Origin: Nannocystales bacterium
Lineage (GTDB): Bacteria; Myxococcota_A; Polyangia; Nannocystales; Nannocystaceae
NCBI GenBank assembly: GCA_050633305.1
Contig: JBOEGF010000024.1
Span: 373,702 to 437,701, forward strand
Direction: 5' to 3'
DNA length: 64,000 nucleotides
Each line of letters begins with the position of its first letter. Within the stretch, counting starts at the first letter, position 1. Below are positions 27,142 to 36,688 of the stretch, one piece after another. The notes under the pieces are model-generated. The model had not been told where the DNA came from. It did not search any database and saw only the letters and a list, made by a program, of their open reading frames with translations. Made by a program: the position numbers and the translations under genes.

Positions 27142-29385
27142 GTGGTCATTCCTGGAACTTCCTGTCGACCGCTCATCCTGAATCCGGACGCTGTCGAGGA
27201 CGCGAAACGGCTCGCCGAGCTTCAGGCACGCCCTGAGGTCCAGACCTGCGATGAGCTTCAAACGCAGCTGGAGGGGCTTGCCGTCTGTCGCTCCCCGAAA
27301 GCTCGGTTGGACCGAGATGCACCGGGGCTGCAGAAGGCGGTTGCGGCACTCGCGGCCTCACCGGTCTACCAAGCGAGGCGTTGGGTCTACTACCCGTGGC
27401 GGAACCGACTCGTCCACGTGCTTGGCCCGGACGAATTCGCGGAGCTTCGCTCGAACCGCAACCTCTTCAAGCTCGACCCCCAGCAGCAGCGGGACCTTCG
27501 CACGAAGACCGTCGGCATCGTCGGGCTGTCGGTGGGGCGCGCGAGTGCAGCGACGATGGCTCTGGAGGGGCTCGCGGGCTGCTATCGGCTGGCGGACTTC
27601 GACACGCTGGAGCTCTCCAATCTCAACCGGCTTCGGTGTTCTGTCGCCGACCTGGGGATCAACAAGGCGGTTCTTGCCGCCCGGGAACTCTACGAACTCG
27701 ACCCGTACTTGGACGTCGAGGTCTACGAGGATGGCATCACCGAGGGCAACATCGAGGACTTCCTCGGCGGGCTCGACCTGCTCGTGGAGGAGTGTGACGA
27801 GCTGTCCATGAAGGTCCTGCTTCGAGAGCGCTGCCGGGACCTGCGGATCCCGGTCATCATGGAGACGAGCGATCGAGGCATGGTCGACGTCGAGCGGTTC
27901 GACCTGGAGCCGACCCGACCCCTTCTTCACGGGCTGATGGACGACGTCGCGGCGGCCTCACTCAAGGGGCTCTCCGACAAAGAAAAGGTACCTTTCGCAC
28001 TGCGGGTCCTCGGGGCGACGGATATGTCGGTTGACCTCGCAGCGTCACTGGTCGAGGTCGGGGAGTCGATCACGGGATGGCCTCAGCTCGCATCCGCGGT
28101 GGCAGTGGGCGGAGGCATCGTTGGGGACTTTGGCAGGCGAATCCTGCTCGACCAGCATCGCGCGTCGGGGCGGTTCTACGTCGACCTCGATGCGTTGCTG
28201 CACCCCGACCGCGCCGTGGCTATCGAGGTCCCGGAGTCACCGACATCCGACGAGCCTGCAGCGACCGAGGCTCTTTCTCCGCTGCGCAAGCGCGCCGCAC
28301 CGACGCAGCCGGTGACGGAGTCCGAGGTTCGGCAGCTCGTCGAGTACGGGATCCGTGCGCCCTCGGGAGGAAACAACCAGGGATGGAGCTTCCGGTTCGA
28401 CGGGAGCGCGCTGGAGTGCGCGATCGATCCCTCTCGCGTGCAAGACTTTCTGGAGTTCAACCGAACAGGCTCGACCCTGTCGCTCGGTGCGGCTGTCGAG
28501 AACATCGTGCTGGCCGCCGGCATGATGTCTGTCGAGGCGAACGTCGACTTCCAGCCCGACGGTGCGGATTCCGACGTCGTGTGCCGAATCCATCTGAGCA
28601 ACGCGACGGACGTCGAGGCCGACCCTCTATCTCGATGGATCGACGAGCGTTGTACGTCCCGGGCTCGTGGGAACGGGCGGCGACTCGAACCAGACCACGC
28701 CGCGGCCATCGAGGCCGCGGTGCCGGCCCGTCAAGCTCGCCTGCAGCTCCTGCGGACGGACGAGGAGTTGGAAGCGGTAGGGGCGATCATGGGCACGAAC
28801 GACCGTGTGGCCATGCAGCACGAGGCGGTCCACAAGGAGTTGATGGGCGACGTTCGTTGGACCCAGCGTGAACTCGACACCCGCCGCGATGGCCTGGATC
28901 TGAGCACCTTCGACATGAAGCCGTTCGAGAGAGCCGCGATGCGGGTACTGACGCGGTGGCCCGTGATGGAGAAGCTACGGGCCGGAAATCGGGGCATGAC
29001 CCTCGAGACCGCCACACGGCGCTCGGTCGCAGCATCCGCCGCCGTTGGCCTGTTGTCGGTGAAGGGTAGCGACGCCAAGGCCTACTTCGAGGGGGGCCGG
29101 GCCGCGCAGCGGATGTGGCTGGAGGTGACTCGGCTGGGCATCGCGATGCAGCCGATGACGGTCTTCCCCGCTCTGCTCGCGCGCCTGCGACGTGGGGGTG
29201 GTGCCGGGTTTGCCCAATGGCACAAAGCTCGGCTCACCGAACTCGGGGCGCGTTTCGACCGTCTGTACCCGCGGCCCTCGGACAGCGCGGACATCATGCT
29301 GTTCCGACTCGCCTACGCCCCCCTGGAGCAGACCCGAAGCGTGCGTCGGCGCATCGACGACGTCTTCCGCTACGAGCCACAGTGA
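27142..29385 (+). CDS. ThiF-family adenylyltransferase fused to a nitroreductase-like domain (Rv1355c/MoeY-like)
   Basis: WVYYPWR...VH, VGIVGLSVG, DFDTLELSNLNR, DVERFDLEP, WPQLAS; nitroreductase signature APSGGNNQGW and GGRAAQRMWL. Confidence 0.9.
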   Translation: MVIPGTSCRPLILNPDAVEDAKRLAELQARPEVQTCDELQTQLEGLAVCRSPKARLDRDAPGLQKAVAALAASPVYQARRWVYYPWRNRLVHVLGPDEFAELRSNRNLFKLDPQQQRDLRTKTVGIVGLSVGRASAATMALEGLAGCYRLADFDTLELSNLNRLRCSVADLGINKAVLAARELYELDPYLDVEVYEDGITEGNIEDFLGGLDLLVEECDELSMKVLLRERCRDLRIPVIMETSDRGMVDVERFDLEPTRPLLHGLMDDVAAASLKGLSDKEKVPFALRVLGATDMSVDLAASLVEVGESITGWPQLASAVAVGGGIVGDFGRRILLDQHRASGRFYVDLDALLHPDRAVAIEVPESPTSDEPAATEALSPLRKRAAPTQPVTESEVRQLVEYGIRAPSGGNNQGWSFRFDGSALECAIDPSRVQDFLEFNRTGSTLSLGAAVENIVLAAGMMSVEANVDFQPDGADSDVVCRIHLSNATDVEADPLSRWIDERCTSRARGNGRRLEPDHAAAIEAAVPARQARLQLLRTDEELEAVGAIMGTNDRVAMQHEAVHKELMGDVRWTQRELDTRRDGLDLSTFDMKPFERAAMRVLTRWPVMEKLRAGNRGMTLETATRRSVAASAAVGLLSVKGSDAKAYFEGGRAAQRMWLEVTRLGIAMQPMTVFPALLARLRRGGGAGFAQWHKARLTELGARFDRLYPRPSDSADIMLFRLAYAPLEQTRSVRRRIDDVFRYEPQ

Positions 29386-29394
29386 GCCGAGGGC

Positions 29395-30954
29395 TCAGCT
29401 CTTGGCTCGGCGGCCCAGCTCTGCCATGCACGCATGGTGGTCCGGGAGCGTGGCCAAGAGGTGTTTCGTTCGCATTTGCACCTTCTCGATCGCCGAGTCT
29501 CCCACCGTGACGTGCTCGAGGATCGGGTAGGGGTTCTTTGGGATCCGTCCCATGCCGTCGAGGATGCAGGCGTAGCTCTGTCCCTTGAACACGGTGAACT
29601 TGAGGCCGTCGAGGACCGGGAGGCAGACGTCAAACAGCTCCAACTTCTGTTGGAGGGAGTCTGGGACCTCGGTCTCGTTCGCGACCAACTTCCAAAACGA
29701 GGTGTCCCGGCGAGGCGAGGCCACGTAGTGCATCACGATGAAGTCGCGGAGCTCCAGGTACACGTCCTCCACCATGGCGTTGTACTTCCGCCGCAGGGGG
29801 GCCTCCATGTCGACGGTGGGAAACACCGGAAGCAGGGCGCCCAGCTGGTACTCGGTCAGGAAGATCCCCGTGGACTCGAGAGGCTCCAGGAAACAACTCG
29901 AGAGCCCGATCGCGATGCAGTTCTTGACCCACGGCGCAGGGTTGCGACCGATCCTCATCTGCAGATGGCGTGCGGGTTTGCCTTCGGCACGCTCTCCGAG
30001 GAAGGTTCGTAGCTCCGTTTCGGCCTGGTCCTTGGAAATGCAGTCATCCGAGTAGACGTAGCCACACCCGCTGCGGTTCATCAGCGGGACATCCCAGACC
30101 CAGCCGTGCCCGATCGCGGTGGATGTTGTGTAGGGACGAAGGCTTCCGTCCTTGGGATCATCGCTGGTCTGGATCGCAACCGCTGCGTTGCACTTGAGCG
30201 AAGCGTGGTCGCTCAAGAAACGCTCGCCCAAGGCTTCGTTGATGATGCGGCCTCGGAACCCAGAGCAGTCGAAGAACAGTTCGCCTTCCAGGCGGCGGCC
30301 AGACTCCAAGGCGAGGCTGTCGACAAATCCGCGTTCGTCCAACTCGACATCGACCACGGTGTCGACCACGTGCTGAACACCCCGCGACTTCGCGGTCTCG
30401 CGCAGGACATCGGCGAGCAGTCCGGCGTCGACATGGTAGGCAGACCGAATCTCGTGCTCTGGGCTGTCCACGCGCCGAGGAGCCTTCATCGCGTCGCACA
30501 GCGCCGCGGTGGGGTGGCACTCGTACGTCATCGGAAGACTGGTGCGACCCTCCAGACGTCGCTTGAGCCACTGGTGGTACATCGCAAAGCCGTGGTCGAC
30601 GACGGGGAAGTACGGCTTCTCGTACGGGGACAGCTGCGGGTCGGGCCGATCTCCGAACGGGTGGTAGAAGCCATCGAGAGGCCGGTCAGCGCTCATCCAC
30701 CCGTTGAACCGAATCGCGGTTTTGTAGGTTGCCGAGCAGCGGGGCATCCAGACGTCTTCCTCGAGCCCGAGGAACTCCAGCGTCGTTCGTAGCGTGGGGA
30801 TCGTGGCCTCACCGACGCCGACGGTCGGGACGTCGCGCGACTCCACGAGCGTGATGCGGGTCTCCGGGCTGAGGGCGCGGTTGAGGTACGCCGCGGTCAT
30901 CCACCCCGCCGTTCCGCCACCCAGGATGACAATCGATTCGACCTTCTTACCCAT
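29395..30954 (-). CDS. Flavin-dependent tryptophan-halogenase-family protein
   Basis: GGGTAGW, VGVGEATIP, catalytic Lys in ATYKTAIRF, FFDCSGF, GWVWDVP, FLEPLESTGI; RBS before ATG 30954. Confidence 0.93.
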   Translation of the reverse strand: MGKKVESIVILGGGTAGWMTAAYLNRALSPETRITLVESRDVPTVGVGEATIPTLRTTLEFLGLEEDVWMPRCSATYKTAIRFNGWMSADRPLDGFYHPFGDRPDPQLSPYEKPYFPVVDHGFAMYHQWLKRRLEGRTSLPMTYECHPTAALCDAMKAPRRVDSPEHEIRSAYHVDAGLLADVLRETAKSRGVQHVVDTVVDVELDERGFVDSLALESGRRLEGELFFDCSGFRGRIINEALGERFLSDHASLKCNAAVAIQTSDDPKDGSLRPYTTSTAIGHGWVWDVPLMNRSGCGYVYSDDCISKDQAETELRTFLGERAEGKPARHLQMRIGRNPAPWVKNCIAIGLSSCFLEPLESTGIFLTEYQLGALLPVFPTVDMEAPLRRKYNAMVEDVYLELRDFIVMHYVASPRRDTSFWKLVANETEVPDSLQQKLELFDVCLPVLDGLKFTVFKGQSYACILDGMGRIPKNPYPILEHVTVGDSAIEKVQMRTKHLLATLPDHHACMAELGRRAKS

Positions 30955-32860
30955 CGTGTTCTTCCTCTGCGTCGAGCTCATGCACCATCGGGTGCGGGCG
31001 TGTGACGAACTCCCGAATCCGCTCGATCAGGTCGGGCCCGTGAGACGCGTTGAGTACGGTCATCCACGCGTCGCCCAAAGATACGACGCGGTCGATCTCG
31101 AGGAGAAGCGCTTCGTCCTCCCGGGCAAAGTGGACGAAGTGGGAGCGCCCAAGTCCTGAGAACCACTGGCATGCGTGCGCCAGGAGTGCCGCGAACGCGC
31201 CAGGGTGGAGTGCCCCGTCGAGGGAGTAGAGCCGGCACGAATCTGTGAGGCGAAACAGATGGAGCCCCTCTTCGGTCGCGTCCAGAATCGACAGGGCGCT
31301 CGCTTCGCCGTCCACTTCGGCGACCATCACCACGCGCCGTCGCTCGAGCCCACCGGCGCTCCAATGCCCGTCACGGTCCGCCGGTTGCGTGAGTGTGTCC
31401 AGGCCCAGCGCGCTGATGTAGGGGCGGGTGAAGTCGCGGGTGAAGGCGGCGGTGGCTTTGGGGAGGTCGGAGTCCACAAGCTCTCGCACCAAGACTCCGT
31501 CCGGTGCCGTCACCTGCACGTCGGTGGGCACCTCGTACGCCGAGAACTCCGTGACGGATGCCTCGCCGGAGGACACAAACTCCGCCGGAACGTCGACATG
31601 CACCTTGCGGCTCCAGGTCGCGGACTTCTGGACGTAGGTGACCAGCCACTGCGCACCGTGCTCGCGCACGTACTCGTAGGCGTGACGGTAGGCCTCGTAG
31701 AGCGCGCCTGCCCCCACTTCTCCGACGCCCTGTGGTTGGCGGCGACGGCTCACGTGATAGAGCAGCCAGGCACCCGGCCACTGCTGCAGCTGATGCATGG
31801 TGACGTCCGTATCACCGCTGACGATGTGCGTGCCCACCGGCGCCGCATTGCTGAGCTTTGCGTTCGCGTGGACGAAAGGCCCGCGCAGCTTTGCGAAGTC
31901 GGCAGTGGTTTTTCCCGAGAGCTGGAAGTAACCAGACTCGTCGTAGATCGACCAGAGGGTCTCCGGCGTTGCGGTTCCGGCAGCGCTCCGCGCGTAGAGG
32001 ATCCTGCTGATGTCCTTGGCAAAGGAGTCCGGCGCTGAGGTCAGCTCGACGCCGACGAGCCGGAGCTCGGGTGTCTGAGTGGGCGAGACGTGTCGCACCA
32101 CGCAATCGACCTGCGAAGACCTTCCGCGCTCGGCTCCCACCGCCAGTCTCAACTCGAGACCTGGCCAAACCACATTTTGGGTCTGTGAGGCGTAAAAGGA
32201 GAGCCCTGCGACGGAGACGTCGTTGGCGGTTCCGCGAACCTTGACCCCAGCCAGCTCTGGGTGGGTACCCGTGACCGAAACCCGGGGATCGAGTCGCACT
32301 CGCCGGTGACGGCGTCGGCGAACTCGGTCGAGGAACGGTGGGAGTCGTCCCGGATTGGCTGCCGGGATCCGCACCGTAGAGTACTCAAACTCTCGGTCCA
32401 CGGTCTGTTGCTGTCCCAAGGCATCGAGGGCCTCTCGGGGGTCGTCCCACAGACAGGACAAGAGTCGGCGGATGCGAACCGGTTCCGAGATCCGCTCCGT
32501 CGTGTCGGTCGTGCCGTTTGCGTGGCCGGGTCCGGTGCGTCCCGCGGCGGTGCGCGACAGACGGTATTCCCATTCTGCGAGGCGCTGCGAGCCGTCCGAG
32601 GTCGCGGCCTCGAACAGGACCCCCCGGGGTGCTTGCGGTGCCGTCGCGACACTTCGGTGGACCAGAAGGCTGCCTAGACCGACGTGTTCGAGGTTGGCGA
32701 GGAGAACGTCAGCGTTGCTGTAGTCCTCGGTCAGCTCGACGAGGAGACCTCCCGCCTTCGCTCGTCTTGCCCTCAGCCTAACCGCGCGTCCCGTCGCGGG
32801 CTCTTCAAAGTCGACGACCCATTTTTGTTTCGATTGGACCGTAGGAATTCCTTTTATCAC
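30947..32860 (-). CDS. PilZ-domain protein with a large C-terminal domain (possibly acyltransferase-like)
   Basis: c-di-GMP motifs RRHRR (RxxxR) and DVSVAG (DxSxxG) followed by a beta-barrel-like stretch; stop overlaps the halogenase start by 8 bp; start uncertain. Confidence 0.75.
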   Translation of the reverse strand: MIKGIPTVQSKQKWVVDFEEPATGRAVRLRARRAKAGGLLVELTEDYSNADVLLANLEHVGLGSLLVHRSVATAPQAPRGVLFEAATSDGSQRLAEWEYRLSRTAAGRTGPGHANGTTDTTERISEPVRIRRLLSCLWDDPREALDALGQQQTVDREFEYSTVRIPAANPGRLPPFLDRVRRRRHRRVRLDPRVSVTGTHPELAGVKVRGTANDVSVAGLSFYASQTQNVVWPGLELRLAVGAERGRSSQVDCVVRHVSPTQTPELRLVGVELTSAPDSFAKDISRILYARSAAGTATPETLWSIYDESGYFQLSGKTTADFAKLRGPFVHANAKLSNAAPVGTHIVSGDTDVTMHQLQQWPGAWLLYHVSRRRQPQGVGEVGAGALYEAYRHAYEYVREHGAQWLVTYVQKSATWSRKVHVDVPAEFVSSGEASVTEFSAYEVPTDVQVTAPDGVLVRELVDSDLPKATAAFTRDFTRPYISALGLDTLTQPADRDGHWSAGGLERRRVVMVAEVDGEASALSILDATEEGLHLFRLTDSCRLYSLDGALHPGAFAALLAHACQWFSGLGRSHFVHFAREDEALLLEIDRVVSLGDAWMTVLNASHGPDLIERIREFVTRPHPMVHELDAEEEHDG

Positions 32861-32956
32861 GACCGTCGTAAAACGACCTCGGTCTGGACCGCATTCCCGC
32901 AGTCCCTTCGTAGCTCATGCACGGCTTAGCCTGCATGGCCGAGGTGTCAAGGCGAG

Positions 32957-33529
32957 CTACCAGCCGCCCCAACCGTGGTTCATGTCGTCCCAGTCCCAAC
33001 AGACCAAGCCGGCGTAGGTGCCTGAGACGTTCCCCGTTGCCAGGTCGAGCTTCCCGCGGATGTGGATGAAGCCAGCGCCGCCTTCGAGGATCGTCAGCAA
33101 CGTGCTGAAGCGACCCGAGCCGGTGTCACCCGGAGGGCTCAGGTTCATCGAGCCGGTGTCGACACCGACGAACTCTCCATAGGTGGAATCGATGACGCTT
33201 GTCCCGGTGAAGAAGTTGACGAACGGAACGCGCGGGTCGTTCGTCGACATGAGTTGGTCCATCTCCAGGGCGTACTGTCCATTGAGGACACCGGAGAGTT
33301 CACCTGCGGTGCACAGGCCAACATCGGACTCGCACGGCGGAACAGGGACAGACATGGCACCGAACCAGCCGAACGCAGGAATGCAGATCATCTGATCCAT
33401 GTCCTGCTGCGGGTACGAGGCTGCCTCCTCCATCTGGCTTGAGACATGTCCGGCTTCTGCCTCTGCGGTAGGGGCGAGCCAGAGACCTGCGGCGAGTGCG
33501 AGCGGGGTGAGTTTTTTAATACCTTCCAT
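32957..33529 (-). CDS. Secreted beta-rich protein (hypothetical)
   Basis: GGAAAGG RBS, signal peptide ending AEA, four Cys, alternating beta-strand pattern with many Gly. Confidence 0.75.
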   Translation of the reverse strand: MEGIKKLTPLALAAGLWLAPTAEAEAGHVSSQMEEAASYPQQDMDQMICIPAFGWFGAMSVPVPPCESDVGLCTAGELSGVLNGQYALEMDQLMSTNDPRVPFVNFFTGTSVIDSTYGEFVGVDTGSMNLSPPGDTGSGRFSTLLTILEGGAGFIHIRGKLDLATGNVSGTYAGLVCWDWDDMNHGWGGW

Positions 33530-33588
33530 AGCTACCTTTCCGGAGGCCCGCGATGCTCGCGCAGCCCGCAGAATCGGTCTACGGGTCG

Positions 33589-33605
33589 GTTGCCACATTG
33601 GCAAC
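33589..33605. promoter_or_regulatory. Palindromic operator-like site in an AT-rich upstream region
   Basis: GTTGCCA-CAT-TGGCAAC, 60 bp upstream of ATG 33529. Confidence 0.5.
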
Positions 33606-34042
33606 AGATATTTTGGGAAGGCAGGTTGCAATTATTTTCGCAGTTCGAAGATCCGGCTCACATCGACCCCTAGCCAGTCGAAATCGGCTCAACGACCTGC
33701 TGTCCACGTGGATTGCGGTTGGGACGAAAGGCCCACGCCAGGACAGCCGGCCGGCGCGCGCGCGGACCACGTCCCCCCCGAAACGCGGTCCGACCGCCGT
33801 TTCCAGGGCCGTTTACGCCCGATTATGACCTCGTGGAAACCCGGAGTCACGAGCTTCTTCGCTCAGTCCGCTGGGTCCGCCGCGGGCGTTTTCGCTCTGG
33901 TCTGCGGCCCGTTCTTGCACGGCAAGAGCGACGTGGTGCGAGCTGGCCGAAGGAACGGCGCGGATGAAAACGCGCAGAGGGGGGGGCGGATCGGGCTGGC
34001 CGCAGCGGTGATCGGCCGAGGTCGGGCAGCCGGTCGCCTGGA

Positions 34043-36619
34043 TCACCGGCCCGCGCGTTCCGACCAATTCTGCCGCTGCGGTCCCCGCGGTCCTCGCCGA
34101 GTCAACGCGCTGGCGACTCCGATCCATAGGAGCCACGTCGGGGCGAGAGGACACTGGCTCGTGGTGCACGCGCAACCGGACGGATCACCTTCGCTCTGGG
34201 CCTGTTCGGGTTCGGTATCGCTCTCGTCCTCGCCCTCGTCGTCGCCGGTCGCTCCCGAGCTCGCATCGGTCTCCCCGGCGTCGGGCTCCGCCACCCGAAC
34301 CATGACTTGCTCGGTCGTTTCGTTGCCCGCGTGGTCGATCCCGCGGACCTCGAGGAGGTGCTCCCCCGGGGGCAGGTAGACGTCGTCGCGCGCATCGCTG
34401 GGGTCCAACGTCTTGCGAATGCCCAAGCTCGGTACCCGTAGCTCCACACCGGGGTTTCCGGAGTCATCGGCGACCTCGAAGCGTAGGAGAAACGGGTCGC
34501 CGGCTTCGAGTTGCACCTCGTCGTTGGGCAAGCCGAGGAGGACTGGGGCTTGCGTATCGACGCGCTGCGGTCCGAACCGCGCCATCATCTCGCTGCGCTC
34601 GTTCTGCTCTCCAGGTGGGCAGAAGTTCGCATGTTCCTCGATGCACACCGGGCTGCTGGTCTCTTCGGAGATCTCCACGCAGCGGTCCAGGAGTGTGGCC
34701 TCCTCGACCGGAGAGAACGGCGACATCAATGATGCGTTGTCGATGACGTGGTCCAGTCCCCATGCGTGGGCGGCTTCATGCACGATCGTATTGGCGAGGG
34801 CTTGCTCCGAGTTGTTCTCAAAGGCGAGAACAAGCTCGCCCGAGAGACGGTCGCCGCAGTCGACTTGGCAGGCGTAGCCCTGCGTCGACGCGTCGAAGCC
34901 GAGTTGTTCGGGGGCGCCGCCGACGAGCACAGTCGTGTACGGCAGGCTTGGCTCGGGGCGGGACTCCCACACGACGTTGATGTCGAAGGGCTCCAGCTGT
35001 TGTCGAACATGCTCGACGGTCGCCTCGACAAAGGCTCGGTCGGCATCCAGTCCGGGGTAGTCGAACGCACCGTCGATGCAGCTCAATTGCTCGAGTCGAC
35101 CGTCGTTCCCCGGGCTCACGGACGCGCCATCGAAATCGAGATACAGAGTCTGTCCGCGGGGGACGACAGACCCCGCTTGGGTCGCTGCTGTGGCCTGCAC
35201 CGTGGGCGGTGGGGAGGGGCGCTCGACTCGCTCGGCGTTGGGGGGCAGTTCGAACTCGGCAAGCAAACCGACCTCGGCCGCGGCCAAACCCATGGACGTG
35301 CCACTGGCCAGCACGCGGTCTTCGTCCAAGACCACGAGTGCGGAAAAGTTGTCGGCGTGGTGCAGAGGGCCGTCATAGCGGATTTCCCTGCCTCGCGTTC
35401 CGTCGCCGCGATACTCGACGAGGAGACCGTCGCGGTCCCAGTCGACAGGTGCCGCCAGGCCCTCGTGTTCTTGGTAGCCCGCGACGATGACGGAGTCTTC
35501 GCCGGTCGCTGCCACGGCGGTGAGGCCGTCGTTACCGGGAAACGAGGCGGCTTCGATCGCATCCCACTGGTGCTCGCCTTCGAACGTGTACGCCGCGACC
35601 CAGCCTTGCGAATGAAAATCTACCGTCTTCGTTGCGGTGTACCGGGCGGTGCCAACGATGACGACCTGTTCGCCTGCCACTGCGAGCCCATTTGCGCTGG
35701 ACTCGAACGCGCCCTCGGGCATCGGCGGCCGGTCCTCCCAGAGCCGTTCGCCGGAGTTGGGGTCCAGCCTGAGGACGAACGCCTCGAGTCCGAGTTCTCC
35801 GCTGAAGTACAGGCCAACCTCCGGGTCGAACGCCCCGGATCGAACATTCTCAGTCACGCCGAAGCGAGGCTCGGACGAGCTCCAACGCAAGCCGTCGTCG
35901 GCGATGGAGTAGCGACCGAACCAGAGATCGATGTCATTCGTTTGAAGCTGTCCGCCGAGGAAGAGGTCACCATCGGGGCCGATCAGGACGACGGAGATGC
36001 CTTCGACGCCCAGAAGCTGCGACTCGCCGATGACGGAGCCATCGAGCGTGTAGGCGCCGATCACGGCGTCCGTACCTCCGTGCGCGCCGAAGCGCCGACC
36101 CCCGACGAACAGCCGGTCGCCCCAGACGACAACGTCGCCGATCTGGTTGTGCGGAGGCGGTCCGAAGAACGACTTCCACTGTAGGTTGCCGTCCAGATCG
36201 TAGGCGAGCAGGGTGCTCGACCATTCCTGCCAAACGTCGGAGGCGTGATGGAGCACGAAGATCTGGTCGCCGGCGTGTTCGAGGCCATCGAACCATTCGG
36301 TGACCGCAGCGTCCGCGTCGATGCTCACCGACCAGCGAGGCTCGGACTCGTCCCGACACTCGGCGCTGCAGCCATCACCGGAGAGCGTGTTGTTGTCGTC
36401 GCACGCTTCCGCGTTGCTTTGGACACCGTCCCCGCAGACCGCGGTCGTGCAGTGGGGCGTGCAGGACAGGCCGGCCTCGTTGCCGATGCCCAGGTCGCAT
36501 GCCTCCGCCGAATCGACCAGACCATCGCCACACACCTCGGCGTGGGCTTGTGCTGGAAGGGTCAGCAGCAGCGTACACAGGCCCCACGATGCTGCACGCC
36601 CACTCCGTCGTCCGGCCAT
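34043..36619 (-). CDS. Surface zinc metalloprotease with Cys-rich repeats, a propeller-like region and a MYXO-CTERM-like tail
   Basis: Signal peptide, two CGDG repeats, HEAAHAWGLDH plus Met-turn SLMSP, Ig-like DHAGN, GCAC...hydrophobic...RR. Confidence 0.85.
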   Translation of the reverse strand: MAGRRSGRAASWGLCTLLLTLPAQAHAEVCGDGLVDSAEACDLGIGNEAGLSCTPHCTTAVCGDGVQSNAEACDDNNTLSGDGCSAECRDESEPRWSVSIDADAAVTEWFDGLEHAGDQIFVLHHASDVWQEWSSTLLAYDLDGNLQWKSFFGPPPHNQIGDVVVWGDRLFVGGRRFGAHGGTDAVIGAYTLDGSVIGESQLLGVEGISVVLIGPDGDLFLGGQLQTNDIDLWFGRYSIADDGLRWSSSEPRFGVTENVRSGAFDPEVGLYFSGELGLEAFVLRLDPNSGERLWEDRPPMPEGAFESSANGLAVAGEQVVIVGTARYTATKTVDFHSQGWVAAYTFEGEHQWDAIEAASFPGNDGLTAVAATGEDSVIVAGYQEHEGLAAPVDWDRDGLLVEYRGDGTRGREIRYDGPLHHADNFSALVVLDEDRVLASGTSMGLAAAEVGLLAEFELPPNAERVERPSPPPTVQATAATQAGSVVPRGQTLYLDFDGASVSPGNDGRLEQLSCIDGAFDYPGLDADRAFVEATVEHVRQQLEPFDINVVWESRPEPSLPYTTVLVGGAPEQLGFDASTQGYACQVDCGDRLSGELVLAFENNSEQALANTIVHEAAHAWGLDHVIDNASLMSPFSPVEEATLLDRCVEISEETSSPVCIEEHANFCPPGEQNERSEMMARFGPQRVDTQAPVLLGLPNDEVQLEAGDPFLLRFEVADDSGNPGVELRVPSLGIRKTLDPSDARDDVYLPPGEHLLEVRGIDHAGNETTEQVMVRVAEPDAGETDASSGATGDDEGEDESDTEPEQAQSEGDPSGCACTTSQCPLAPTWLLWIGVASALTRRGPRGPQRQNWSERAGR

Positions 36620-36688
36620 CGCGTCATCGTGCCACGGCGGGTCCACACGAATGGAGCGTTGGGATGGACTCGCTTCCGGGTCGTGGCG

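Noticed and set aside
33589..33615. Sigma54 promoter at TGGCAAC
   Set aside because: No correctly spaced TTGC -12 element on either strand.
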